Counted from the first letter of the whole stretch, positions 1 through 11,825 are shown. The stretch is DNA of 63,138 nucleotides, filler included, from Rhabdomonas costata (GCA_019059605.1; 31 parts of 31 records of this genome joined end to end with filler, not necessarily neighbours in it), one strand, 5' to 3'. The notes: a model not told the origin generated them from the sequence alone. Made by a program: numbers and translations.

Positions 1-60
1 GTTGTTGTGTATACGTCTGAAATGAATTACAGGGCGTCCAAGAAGACCACAGGCAGACAC

Positions 61-1932
61 CTTCTTCATCCGCTCGGGGTGTTCCAGGTCTCTTTGGTCC
101 AGAAAGTCATGCCCAGACAGCACACCCCCAGGCTTCAGCTTGGGCCAGTAGAGCCTGAGGTCTTCTTGGACGCCCTGTAATTCATTTCAGACGTATTCAC
201 AACAACACGAGTCGTGAAGCAGCCAGCCAGCCAAGAAACGAGAAAACAGTGGAGGTCTCGCAAGCCAGCTGGAATTATTAGCTGTTAGCTGTTGCGAATT
301 TGCTTCGGTTTCCTTCAGCACTATGGGCAACAAATCCACTCGAAAGAATGGCCGGAATGCAGCCGCCATCGAACGAGAGACGAGAGGTACGAGCAAAGAT
401 GACCTTAGCACCCATCCCCCGGATTGAGTGGGGATGCCCGGATGGTGGCGTGATCCACTTTCATTGAAAGTGGAGACAAGATTGCCCAGAGGCGACTAAC
501 AGGGTCGTAATGTCACCCTCGCCAGTCGCATGGCACACAGACAGTTCAACCAGTCAGGAAGCCTTTTCCCGGTGCGCACCTTGTAGTCATGCCGAGCATC
601 GATGTAAATGAAATCTACTGACTCGTCGGCAAACTGCAGCACGGCAACATTAGAAAAGGCCCGGTGGAAGTGCACCTGAAACCCCACCCAACTCGCCTCA
701 CCCAGAAACAAAAATATGATCACCACCACCCGAGGGGGCCACCAGAGACAAAAATACCGATGGGGTGCGCTTCCATGGGTTCATTGTTTTCGATGCTTTT
801 TGATTTTCTAGTGTTTGCAACCACCCGGCCCACACCTTGGAAGCGAAGGGTGCCAGCCTCTTCTTGGTCGTGTCAAACAGAGAGTCGAACTGCTTCTGAG
901 GACGGTTTGCGATGTCCTTGTAGTTTTCCTGGAACAGCGCACATCCCACAACAATTCCTCTCTTTTGCCGAAACTCAATAAGTACAACAGACGCTCATTC
1001 AACGAACCATTTTCTTGGCCAAAAAATAGTTCCGGGACGCGTTCCGAACTCCGAACAACGTCAAAATCAGAGGTCCCATTTGAGCATAGCCCGTTTGACC
1101 TTTTTCCCGTCATTATCGTCCAGGGGTTTAGACAGGATGGGTGATGACCAAGGCAAATTTCTCAAGGAGGGACGGTTGTTTTTATTGCCCTGATGATGTC
1201 AGGAATTTATTAAAATTAAATAGAGAGTGTGTGAGAGCACACACGCACTGACATCATTTGAGAGAGAAAGGAATATTTAGTCGAGAGCGTGCAAAAATAA
1301 TACAAATTAAGCCAAGACGTGACGATAAAAGCGCCCAGGCTGAAAGATTCCACCGAGCAAACCCAAAAGCTTTGCCGTCGCCTTGTAATTGCCTCTTGCC
1401 TCGCCACCTAACACCCTCCAATAACTCTGTTGGCATCCGGGGCTTGCGCAACGTGGAAAAAGTCGCTTGCACGTGTTTAACATTGCCTAACCCAACCCAT
1501 CTAAACACCTGGTGCTTCCAGGCATCCACACAGTGGTACGCCTTAGCTTTGCTCCACCTCTCCTGTGTAAAGCGAAAAAAACCCAAACCATTGTCTCGTG
1601 CAACTCTTCCATTCCGACAAGCAAGAGAGAAACGCAGCTTCGACTTGAGCGCAAAGCAGGACAGCAGACTGACGCCAGGAATGCAAAGTTATCCGATTCC
1701 AAATTCCCCGCAAAAATGCGTTGGGATGGCTCCATGTTGAGGTGCTAAGTGCAACTTGCGTAACTTCAGAGCAAAAAAAGTTCAGAGACACTGACTGCCA
1801 CTTTAAGACTTCTTTGAAGTGACGTACGAGAATAAAAAAAGAGCATGACGTCACTGCAGCAGAGCCTCGCACCAAGACAGACAATGCGAAGACCCCGGCG
1901 CACACCCCGATTTCCACCCCCACCCCAAACAC
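61..1932 (-). CDS. Class I SAM-dependent methyltransferase (Methyltransf_24-like), partial, 5 exons: ~1932-1873, 1562-1509, 928-836, 675-580, 174-61
   Basis: Phase-0 GT-AG splicing gives GVEIGVCAGVFA (motif I) / ERWSKAKAYHCVDAWKHQ / ENYKDIANRPQKQFDSLFDTTKKRLAPFASK / VHFHRAFSNVAVLQFADESVDFIYIDARHDYK / GVQEDLRLYWPKLKPGGVLSGHDF, with the family-typical DFIYIDARH and LKPGG..SGHD motifs. Confidence 0.9.
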
Positions 1933-2755
1933 ACCCCACANNNNNNNNNNNNNNNNNNNNNNNNNNNNNNNNNNNNNNNNNNNNTTAATTAATTAANNNN
2001 NNNNNNNNNNNNNNNNNNNNNNNNNNNNNNNNNNNNNNNNGTTGGTGTTGGCTCGCGATCCTCATCATCCGCCCATGGGGTCTCGCTGCCACACGGAACT
2101 TTCCCCTGCCTTTCCCCGGTTGGGGGGGGGGGGGGTTGGGTTTCGGATAAAGTTCCAAAGAATTCCTTGGGGCCCCCGCAACCCCCAACACGACTTTCAC
2201 ATGAAAACGCGAGGTGAAGGGGATGACCTGGCTAAATTACCCTGGTCGATCCCTTCATGGCTCTACTCACGGCAGTTTTGGATTTGGGGTACAGCGGTCT
2301 TAAAGAAGGAATCAGAAAGCGAGAACACGAAAGATGGATGAAAGAAAAGACGTCTCTGGCATAATCTGCATAATCCTGTTGTGCGCCGCAGGGCACCCGT
2401 TCACCACACAGCACGACAGGAATCTCCGCCTGCCCTGGGGGTCCCACCACACACAACGCGTACATGTCAAAACAAAAAATCCCACCCGAAAAACACCCCC
2501 TGGCAAGTTGCCAAAAAGCACACCTGCAGCCCACCAAAAAAGACGAAGCGGACACCAGCGGCGTGCCCACATCCTTACTTCAACTCAAAGAACCAACGCG
2601 AGGAGGAAGCCTTGCTCTCGGCATGGCACTCAACTCCTGCTGCTCTCATACGGAGAAAAGGGAAAAGGCGCACGCTCGCCCCGCACACAGTTTCCCGCCC
2701 TTCCTGTGCGCGAAGGCGCCGTGGGGAGGACACCGGGCCCTCCACTCACTCACAG

Positions 2756-3461
2756 CTTCCCTAGAGGTGGTGCAGGATCACGCCTCTCTGACACAAGCGT
2801 TGCTCGAAGAAGTGGATGTGAGGGGAGGACCCCGAGTCACCCATTCCGGCGGTGATTTACAGTGAGGGGAAACACAGTCCGAATCTGTGACGATTTGTAC
2901 CTTATCCGAACCGCTGCTCAACACACAGCCCCCAAAGGTGGGAGGGGTGGTGGTGATATGGTCCCTTTGTGGCGGTCAGACAAACAGATCCGGCGGATGC
3001 AGCGCCTACGGCCCTACTACAGGCCGTACCAGTCATTCGAGGACCGCGTCGCGGAGGCGACCTTCCTGAAGATCCCGGAGCAGCGTGTGCTGCTGCTGAT
3101 GCAGGGTGTGCGTGTGCTGTGATCCAACGGTTGCGAGTGAGCGGGTGGGACTGCTTATCCTGGGCCGATCTTGCTTGTCAGAAGCGGACGAGAAAGAGCT
3201 CTCGACTGACTTTAGGCTCCCGCTGTGCACGACCCAATGTGATGACTCAGACATGCTAAAAAAAAGCAGCTCAAAAGAGAAGGGGAAGGGATTCTTTGTT
3301 TCGAGCCCCGAACAACCCCTTCTCATCTGTGGGTTGAGCCACGTGGGACCCTTAAATAGCACGCGGACAACGCGTGTGCATGGTATTGGGGTGGGTTTGT
3401 GTTTTCAGAGAGTGACAAGCGCAAGGAGATCGAGGCAGAGATGACCGCGGGGTGGGAAACG
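2756..3461 (+). CDS. Hypothetical protein, internal exons 2756-2851, 2980-3105, (3182-~3238?), 3409-3461
   Basis: AG/GT-bounded, phase-compatible GC3-rich exons (SLEVVQDHASLTQALLEEVD.., DKQIRRMQRLRPYYRPYQSFEDRVAEATFLKIPEQRVLLLMQ, ESDKRKEIEAEMTAGWET). No recognisable domain. Confidence 0.55.
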
Positions 3462-4091
3462 GTGTGCCATACCCCCTCCCCTCCTCTTTCTTCTTGTAAT
3501 CTCTCCCGTGCTTCCCCAACGAAGACCCTGTGAAACCTTGGGAAGTGATGGAAAATCAGCACCCCAGAGAGTGGTTCCCACACCTCCGCGCATTTGCCTT
3601 GTCTTGAAATTCTTCGCTTGTGCAGTCAAGACCTTCCCGCCCCCTCCTACCGATCGATCGCCAAGTTAATCCTGAGGTTAACACTTCACATACAGGTTGG
3701 AACGAAGGGTAAATCTTGCAGTTGAACCCCGCACAAGGGGTACAATGGCCAAAACTGGGGTACAACGACATTGGCACATAGGCGCCCTCTGTCATACTCA
3801 TGTTCAGCCACCGCCGGTTCCCCCATTACGGGTGCCGCTTGCTAGGTCCCAGCCTGGGGACATACGATGGTTTTGAGCTTTCCCTCTCCCAGCTTTTCTT
3901 TTCGCACCGGGATCACCTTCCGTGTTTTTAAATACGCACTTCAGATGTTCAGTTCATTATCAATTTGAAACCCACCCACAANNNNNNNNNNNNNNNNNNN
4001 NNNNNNNNNNNNNNNNNNNNNNNNNTTAATTAATTAANNNNNNNNNNNNNNNNNNNNNNNNNNNNNNNNNNNNNNNNNNNNGGAGATATGG

Positions 4092-5027
4092 ATGAGCTGG
4101 ACCCCCAAGGAGAAGGGCCTGGTGTACGTGGTGAGCAAGCGGACCTTCAAGGCGGAGCAGAAGCAGTGGAGAGGCCAGCATGAGCGCAGCTCCCGCTCTC
4201 AACCAAGCGAAGCGGTGCAGCTAAGCCAGCCTCCCAGTTCCCCATCGCAGGCTGATGCTCCGCAAGCTTCGCAGTGGGAGAGGGATCTCTCCGTGGACGG
4301 GGACGTGCACAAGAACCCGGGACCTCCCAAGCCGAGTGGAGGCCGTGCATCCCCGCTTTCCGCACGAGGAGGACGAGGAGGAAGAGGAGGAGGACGTGGT
4401 CGAGGGACACTGCCGGCAAGTCAGTACTCCAGCCGGCCCCAGCAGAGGCCCAAGCCCAGAGCCCGACAAGCTCAGGCCCCCCGAGCCTCGCCGGAGAATC
4501 GGGTCCCCTCAGTCACTCCTCAAACTACACCGAGATGCAGTGCGGGCTTCAGCTGCCTGCACTGCGGGCACACTACTAATAGCTCCGGCTCCTATTATGA
4601 CGGCGCGAGCCTGAACCCGTGGAGCCACCCCATGCATGTCCCTGTATGTTGTTTGCATGGGTGCTTGTGGCATGGACGGCAGTTTCCCTGCCAGCCTCCT
4701 CCCTCCTACCTCGAAGCCCTTAGATCAGGCTTCCCTCCTCTCCAACCACCCCAGCAAGCACACCGAGCAGAGCAGGCGCAGCAGCAGCAGCAGCAACCAC
4801 AGCGGCGGGCTGCCCCTCGGCAGCCCGCCACCAGCCATTCTCGGGGCCCCCAAGCTCCGGAGCTCGACGACGCGAAGAGCAAGAACAACGAAACCATCAG
4901 CCAGCACCCATCCACGACGCCATCCACAACCATGGGGTGGGTCATGGTGCTCGTGCTCGTGCCGGTGCTGGTCGTCGTGCTCCTCCGGGGCGTCAAGCCC
5001 CATGTGTTCGCGCCTGTTCTGACATAG
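4092..5027 (+). CDS. Intronless 311-aa ORF (open from contig start) with a 2A/StopGo-like motif, RGG box, Cys/His cluster and polyQ; probable leader ORF of a non-LTR retroelement
   Basis: Longest ORF in the window. WERDLSVDGDVHKNPGP at 4275-4325, then RGGRGGRGGGRGRG and CSAGFSCLHCGH..HVPVCCLHGCLWH. Confidence 0.6.
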   Translation: MSWTPKEKGLVYVVSKRTFKAEQKQWRGQHERSSRSQPSEAVQLSQPPSSPSQADAPQASQWERDLSVDGDVHKNPGPPKPSGGRASPLSARGGRGGRGGGRGRGTLPASQYSSRPQQRPKPRARQAQAPRASPENRVPSVTPQTTPRCSAGFSCLHCGHTTNSSGSYYDGASLNPWSHPMHVPVCCLHGCLWHGRQFPCQPPPSYLEALRSGFPPLQPPQQAHRAEQAQQQQQQPQRRAAPRQPATSHSRGPQAPELDDAKSKNNETISQHPSTTPSTTMGWVMVLVLVPVLVVVLLRGVKPHVFAPVLT

Positions 5028-5184
5028 GTGTGGATCTGCTCTACTCGCCCTCCCCCGTGCTGCACGACAGGGTTGTGGCGGTGAGGGGTGGGTCCATGAG
5101 CATCACCATCACCACCATGAACGGCATCCGGAAGAAACACAACGAAAACGCAAAGAAGCCATCAAAATTACTAAAGAGGACACA

Positions 5185-5228
5185 TGCGTCGCCTTCTAAC
5201 CCCATGCATCGCCTTCTAACCCCATGCA
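5185..5228 (+). repeat. 20-bp tandem duplication (TGCRTCGCCTTCTAACCCCA x2)
   Basis: Read directly from the sequence. Confidence 0.9.
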
Positions 5229-7174
5229 AAGTTTCTATTTGAATCCTGGGTACATATGTTCCCACCTAGGCGGAAATGAATTTGAAATGCAATTTATTTT
5301 CATGCAAAGAAGCTCAATTTTGGGTGGTATGGCTCTTTACAAAGTGTGACTTTTACATCATTTTTTTTTGCATTTCTGGAACTTTAACAGATTCCGCGGC
5401 TGTCTTTATACCCATCCCGTCATTGTGCATTCCCTTGTGGTGAAATGGATGTGGGTGGCCTGGATTCGGACGAAGGAAAGCGGAGGAGTGAAGAGGAAGT
5501 GGACAGGGATGGGTTAGGAGAGGTGTGATAGGGGATTGCCTTTCTGGCCTTGTCAGGATCTGCAAGCCCCTGATCGAAGATGTGAACAGGTGCCCAGTGG
5601 AGAGCTCTGGAGGTGGCGAAGGAACTGGCGGCAAGGCTCCTCTTGACGATGAACTTTGAGCGGGCCCCCGACCATCTGGACCATCTGGCATAGGCTTGGT
5701 CGTTCCCGCCCTAATGACGCCGAAATGGGGCGGAAGGCATGTAGTGGCAGCGCAGCGGACACCTCGTTGGCATTCTTCCAAGGGGGTACCGCAGAAGTGC
5801 CTTTGAGGAGGGGGGGGCGTGCATTGATGGTTCACTTCTGCACTGCTCCACAATGTGATAGAGTGTGCTGCCTCTATTGGTGTGTTTGATCAATAATTTT
5901 GAGTTCATTACGCAGGCGGCCGCGTGCTCCTGTCCAGCGCGGAAAGACCCAACCCAATCCGAACCGGAATGGGTTGGGCCTAGTTTTCTGGGTTTATTTG
6001 AGAAACAAGTATCTGTACCAACCACCNNNNNNNNNNNNNNNNNNNNNNNNNNNNNNNNNNNNNNNNNNNNTTAATTAATTAANNNNNNNNNNNNNNNNNN
6101 NNNNNNNNNNNNNNNNNNNNNNNNNNGTCACCTCCCGCTTTGGAGAGGTGCACTGAGTTTCGTGCTGGTTGTTGTTGTGTGACAGATAGATCTTCCTTCT
6201 GCTCTGGAAGTTGCAAACGGTAGCGTTATCTGGGGTTTATGCTTCTGTTGGTGCCTACGCAAGCTTTCCGTTGCAGCTCGTTCTGCAACCTACGGAGGGA
6301 CAGAGGGTGGATGGATGATAGCGGAGTGAAAATAGTTTCCGCTGAAGACGTTTTGAACGTTGAACGTTGGCGTTTTAAGTGAAGGGTTGCGATGTTGTTG
6401 TTTTTCTAATCAAAAACGGTCGTTGGGCATTTTACGGCAACGCCAGCTTCAGTCGAAACGATAGAAATGGGCCGACCGTGCAGGTTTGGGGAGAAATGGA
6501 GGCGAACCTGTCCTCGCACTTTTCAGTCCCCCTGAGTTTTTTCCTGGGAGTGTACATTTCAGTGCATCCTGGTGCATTTTTTCGTGTCACAAAAAGGTCT
6601 TCATTGAATCAGTTCGGCGTGAGCGTGGTGAACTTTGCTTTGGAATCATGATAATTCTCATACTCTGGACGCGTTCTGGTTGGCTTTCCGCTTGATTCCT
6701 CGCTTTCTCAGCAACCTGCCAGCAGCAAATACTTCTTTCGTGTTTTTTTTCGGTTACGTATCCCTTGAACGAATCCTCATCATGTCACGGCCGGTTGGAC
6801 TGATATTCGTTATAACGCTGAATTTTGCTGCCCAGCATTATTCTCCCGCACGGCGCTCGGGCTGTCATCGTTTTTGAAGATCTCTCGCGCTCTCTATCTC
6901 TCTCTTAGCTTAGCTGTGCTGCAACTTTGCTTCGTCGAAGTGCGACAGCCTTGGGTACACCCTTGTGCCGTACCGCTCCTCTTGCGCAAGCACCCCATGC
7001 TCTGCAACAGACTGCTGTGCTGGTAGGCGTGCTGAACCCCCCCCCGCCGATTTCACTCCCCGGGCGCGTGATTTGCGAAATAAAGAATTAGATTTTTGTA
7101 AAAGTAAAGAAGCAAAAGAAGAGAGAGTTGGGCTCAGGGCGTTTCCGGATCACCAGTTCCCTCCTTACCTGTCC

Positions 7175-7222
7175 TCAACTGACCTCAACTGATCTCACCT
7201 CACCTCACCTCACCTCACCTCA
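7175..7222 (+). repeat. Imperfect (CTCAC)n / CTCAACTGA intronic microsatellite
   Basis: ctcacctcacctcacctcacctcacctcac preceded by a ctcaactga duplication. Confidence 0.85.
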
Positions 7223-7263
7223 CGTTTCCTCGCTTCATCTCACCGTACTCTGCACCTGTGTAG

Positions 7264-7446
7264 ATTTGGTCTGTGCCCTCGCCTTCCCGCTGCCCTCCGG
7301 TTATGGCTACTCCGGCAGTTGCTGTGATGGCTATGTTTCCCCGAGTACCTGTGGGGGGCTCTCCTGCGGCTCTGGCTACGGCGACACCGTCACGAAGATG
7401 TGCAGCTCATCCCTCGGAACCATTGTGCTGTCTGGGTGTACAAGCG
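7264..7446 (+). CDS. Symmetric (phase 1-1) exon encoding a Cys/Gly/Ser-rich extracellular module
   Basis: tgtag|...agcg|gtgtgc, 183 nt; LVCALAFPLPSGYGYSGSCCDGYVSPSTCGGLSCGSGYGDTVTKMCSSSLGTIVLSGCTS. Confidence 0.65.
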
Positions 7447-8242
7447 GTGTGCCAGATTTGTGCATGAGTGTGTGAGTGAGGGCTTGTGATTGGTCAAGGA
7501 AATTCCAGTTCGTCGTCTTTTTCGGTGGTTGCTATTGATTCGCGTTCATGTGCACCAGCAAGCGAGAATTTCGTCAGTAAAAACGCCTGGGGATTCCGAA
7601 AGTATGAGCTTTTTTGTGATGACGGGTTAGGGAAAGCTCTTCGCCTGTGCATCAGAGGCAGTTTGCTTTGTCGATAGCTTTTTAACGTGCGAAGAACTAT
7701 GCTTCGCGGTGAAGTAATATCAAGTTCCATTTGCTTAGACCATAAACTCCAACTGCACCATAACACTGACTGGCTCAAACCTGAAAGATGCATACGTCCC
7801 ACCAAAACATGCATTTCGGATTTCACTGTTCGGCTCAAAAATCGGCGCAAACACAGAATCATCTAGCCAATAAAAGAAGCTGAAGACGCTGAAGTCGCTG
7901 CATTTTTAATTTTGGCGAGGTGTGGCACCCCGAAACCTTTCCGGGTTCATGACAGAACAGATAGTTATCGGGTAAAAAGGCCAATGGAAAACTTTCACAT
8001 GCTATTTCTGACTTTTCGGCTGCAATATACCTATCTGATTTTGACAGTTTGCTGCCACAACCAAAANNNNNNNNNNNNNNNNNNNNNNNNNNNNNNNNNN
8101 NNNNNNNNNNTTAATTAATTAANNNNNNNNNNNNNNNNNNNNNNNNNNNNNNNNNNNNNNNNNNNNCGGGGGTTTGTTGTTACTGAGTTGGAATTTGGTG
8201 CACGGGCGTCGATATTTTGAGGAAATGTGCGGGTGGGCCCAG

Positions 8243-10106
8243 GTTGCGGAGCAGATGCGGGAACTCAGCACCACTCTTGAGGGGGCCCGTATGAAGCTCG
8301 ACGCGGCCACCGCTGAGGTAACCGAGTGTTGCGGAGCATTATTGCCTCCAGTAATGCTTTCATGGATTTCTTGCGACATCATTCTTCATTTTTCACTTTC
8401 GTCTATTCGCATTGGTAGTTCTGTTGCAATGTCTCATCCAGTCCAGGGTACCCCTTTTGCGGCGGGCGCAGTGGCGAGCGTCTGCGGTCTGTCCTCCTCC
8501 TTTCTTTGCTCTTTTTTTTTGGCGTCTTCATCGACGCAACCACGAGGATTGCGGCAGAAAGCGAAAGGGGAATGCTCTGTGCGTGCGATTTGCTCGTGAA
8601 ATGAGTGCAATGTGCTGCCTACGTTATAGCTGCACAGGCGGGTACTTGAGGACAAGGCCTGTGAGTGAGTGTGGCTTGCATTGACTAGGCGGGTGGTTTT
8701 TATCGCGGAGTAGATACTGTTTCCGTGTGCACAACGCTCTTTGTAATTGGTCTTTGTAATTCCTCGGGGAGTCAGTCCCCGCGGCGAAAGGGGCCTTTCT
8801 TCCCCTGGTCTTTGTTAGGGCTGTCTTTCTGTGGCAAAGTATTCGTAACCGTTTAGGAAAATCACATCATACTGGATGGTGTCCATGCAGGCACTGGATG
8901 ATGCGACCCGCCTCAACCGTCCGTCGTGGCCTCCGCCCCTAAAGTGATGTTGTCCCAATCGATACAGAAAGTCGATACAGAAAGTGAAACGACCCCCCCC
9001 CCCGGAATACAAATGTCCTTAGTTTTTGAAACAAAACCATGGGGAAGTGGTGCCCTGTGTAGACCACCGTGGTCGAGCTATTCAATGCAGAAATTGCACC
9101 AGCGCAGCCGGTCAATCGAAGCTGCAGACTTAAATGGTTTGCTTGGCCAGAGGTGCACAGCTGCGATGGAGCTCACGGTTTCGTACCTTTTAACCCTGAA
9201 TGCTTCTCACTCTTTCTATACGAATACCCTTTGAACGTCCCAACCCTGTATCCCTCCACGTTGTGGCTGAGAGAATTACCTCCAATTCTTTCTGTCTGGG
9301 TGGGATAGTTGCAGCGGCTGTCGGGGAAGGTTCCCGTGGCAAACCCCGCGAAGTACGCCGACGGGCTGGATGTGGCGCAAAAGAAGGCCCCTTTGGAGTA
9401 CGCCCCACCCACGGAGAGCATGGCGGAGGTGTTGGAGACGCTCCCCTTGGATCACCTCGAGCAATACGTCGTTTGCCACATCTGCCATCGAAGCACCAAG
9501 TATGTGCCCTTCAAGGGCCCCTCAAGGCCCCGCTGTCCTATTCTTGATGCCGCTCCGAGTTTCCTGTGGGGACTTTTCAGTATCAGATCAGATTGGGTAC
9601 TGGGGAGCGGTTAGGAATGTTGGAGGTGTTCAGGACCCAAGTTTTGCTGGAGGAACATTTGTGGCTGATGGGATAAAGTTTCAGAAGTGGCGGAAATGGT
9701 TGGAAGCAAACAGGGAAGAAGGCTCGGCATAAAGAAAGGTCAGATCAATTACTGATCTACAGTATCACCTCAATCCACTCCTGCGCGGAAGAATAGCTGC
9801 GGCCTGCGGAAAGATTACAGGCAGTATTAGGCGAAAGCCCGCCCCCGATACCTCCACCCTCCTGTGTGGTGGCCTTCTGCTTCCTGTTTTCTGGGTCACA
9901 GCTCTTTCTCTTGTCATCGTTTGCTTTTCCCTCTCTCCTATTCATCTTTCGTTCTTTCTCTTGAAACTTCTCCTTCTTCTGACGGGTCCTCCCTCTTTTC
10001 TGTGCATTATTGTGTGTATGGTGTGGCGCAGCGATTTGGCGACCCACTTGGACGACGAGAAGCACCACCTGACTTGCCCCGACCCCACTTGCCACCACCC
10101 ACCACC
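8243..10106 (+). CDS. Coiled-coil plus C2H2-like zinc-finger protein, exons 8243-8317, 9309-9499, 10032->10106
   Basis: Phase-consistent splicing: VAEQMRELSTTLEGARMKLDAATAE / LQRLSGK..YVVCHICHRST / NDLATHLDDEKHHLTCPDPTCHH (CxxC..H..H followed by a second CxxxxC). Confidence 0.65.
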
Positions 10107-11327
10107 NNNNNNNNNNNNNNNNNNNNNNNNNNNNNNNNNNNNNNNNNNNNTTAATTAATTAANNNNNNNNNNNNNNNNNNNNNNNNNNNNNNNNNNNNNN
10201 NNNNNNGGGGTGGTGGCCTCATGTTGAGCTTTCGTCTCCAAATCAACCCGAAGATGGCACTACCGCTCTACTGGAGTTGTGGACTTCGCAAATAGCCACA
10301 TCACAGCGAACCTTAGTGCGAAAAAGTGGAACTCTTCACAATAAATTTGCTCCTGAACCACCCCTCTGGTTCATGCACCATAAACCACTAAACCACGTGA
10401 TTAACGCACGTGAACGTGCCTTCACGTTGTAAGTAATTCGATTCCTCAGCACGAGACTGAAGGAAACAAAAAAACGGTGAATCATTCGCGTTGGTGTGGG
10501 GACTTCTTTCTCCGCCACAGCATCGCCACAGCTTGAGTAAACAGATGCAAGCATAGCCAGAGCGGGTGGAGGGTTCGACAGCGGCACTCCAACGCTTCCA
10601 GCTCCTCCACCTGGCGCAGCAGGGCGTCCCGCTGGACGCCACATCCACGTCACTTTTACCTCACAGGGGGCCCATGGATGGTTGGCAGGGAACCATGGTG
10701 GGTTGATAAATGTAGTTTCAGCCCCACAACCACTTTCTGGGTTCAGCTTCTCCAAGTTGATACTCAGCAGTCGTCAAGAAACGTACTGCAAGTCCAACCC
10801 CAAGACAACTTCCTGGAGTTGGAGATGAGTTTGGGTTCCTGGGGTGAGTGCGTTTCTGCTGTATTGCTCACGTTACCTTCACCAACTTTGCTCACCATGG
10901 TGAGGCAGACGTCGCAATGGTGGGAAAACGGGGGCAACCTACAACTGTTTTTTGTCCCTACGAAAAATTTTGCTTCCTCGGGGCAATCCCTTTGACCTTC
11001 TTACGGCATAATATTTCTTCACCGGAGGCCCCTGGCGGCGGCTCTCTAGTACAGTGCCGTTTCATGGACTGGGGTTCCGGGGCGCTCTGCTTCGGGCTCC
11101 TTGCTGTATTGGAGACAACCCTCGTGGGGAACCTCGTTCGGGAGAAGTGAAGTTGAATAATGGGCTGGTGGGCGAAGAAAGCGGATCGAAACGATCTGGT
11201 TTCACGCTTTCCGTTTTCTTTTTGGTTTTTTGTTGAGTTCCTTATCTGGTCTGTCCCGCTGCCTTTGGTTTGGAAGTTGTCACCTTTGTATGCAACGTGC
11301 TATTCTCAGGTGTTTTGTTTGCTCACA

Positions 11328-11825
11328 ATGGCAAGCACTTTCATACAACGTCGAAGCACCCAGTGGGGATTCAGTACCACCTCGAGTCAGTATGTGCGGG
11401 TACCGGGGCTGAGCGTCGATCTTGACATCTCCACCGGCACCCGAGTCGTTCGGGTGCGTGTTGCAGGCCATGCGAAGGTGCACGGGGGCGAAGATGCTCG
11501 AGGTAACGTGGTTGTGATGCACGGCTCCAACCCTGTCGATTGGTTGGGGCGTCCTTCCACACACCCCGACTTTGGGCCCGCCATGACTCCCCAGGCCTTC
11601 GCGGGATACGCCCAAACCAGTGTTCCGGTTTCAAATGAAATTAACTGTGAAGCTGTGTTGGCGCTGGGCATCGGTCAACACACCATATGCGCGGGGGTTG
11701 CCCTGGAGTACCCCGCAACCAGCTTCGAGTTCCACGCGGCGCATATGACCGTCGAGGTTCTTCCCGTCGGCTCCAGCGTACAGGATGGGTTCGTCATCCC
11801 TGGTGAGGCGGCTCCGACGTTCTAA
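11328..11825 (+). CDS. Intronless 165-aa predicted beta-sandwich protein resembling C1q/TNF-like distal domains of phage tail fibres and collagen-like proteins
   Basis: ATG 11328 shortly after a ctcag acceptor-like site, TAA 11823-11825. Motifs FSTTSSQYVRVPGLSVDL..VRVRVAGH, LALGIGQHTI and MTVEVL recalled from such domains; no search was run. Confidence 0.6.
   Translation: MASTFIQRRSTQWGFSTTSSQYVRVPGLSVDLDISTGTRVVRVRVAGHAKVHGGEDARGNVVVMHGSNPVDWLGRPSTHPDFGPAMTPQAFAGYAQTSVPVSNEINCEAVLALGIGQHTICAGVALEYPATSFEFHAAHMTVEVLPVGSSVQDGFVIPGEAAPTF

Larger units (their letters stand above)
4082..5825 (+). mobile_element. Decayed non-LTR (LINE-like, probably APE-type) retrotransposon
   Basis: Same-strand order: 2A-like motif (4275-4325); APE-start-like SITITTMNGIRKK (5099-5137); RT-like remnants GIAFLAL/RICKPLI (~5532-5575), LLLTMNFERAPDHLDH (5637-5684, cf. 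LDFEKAFDxLDH) and frameshifted IWHRL..GGTAEVPLRRGGR (to 5820, cf. GxTxxIxLxRGVRQG). Confidence 0.55.

Noticed and set aside
1-206. Inverted repeat 1-54 / 153-206
   Set aside because: It copies an exon-intron junction of the methyltransferase gene at the contig end via microhomology, a template-switch artefact.
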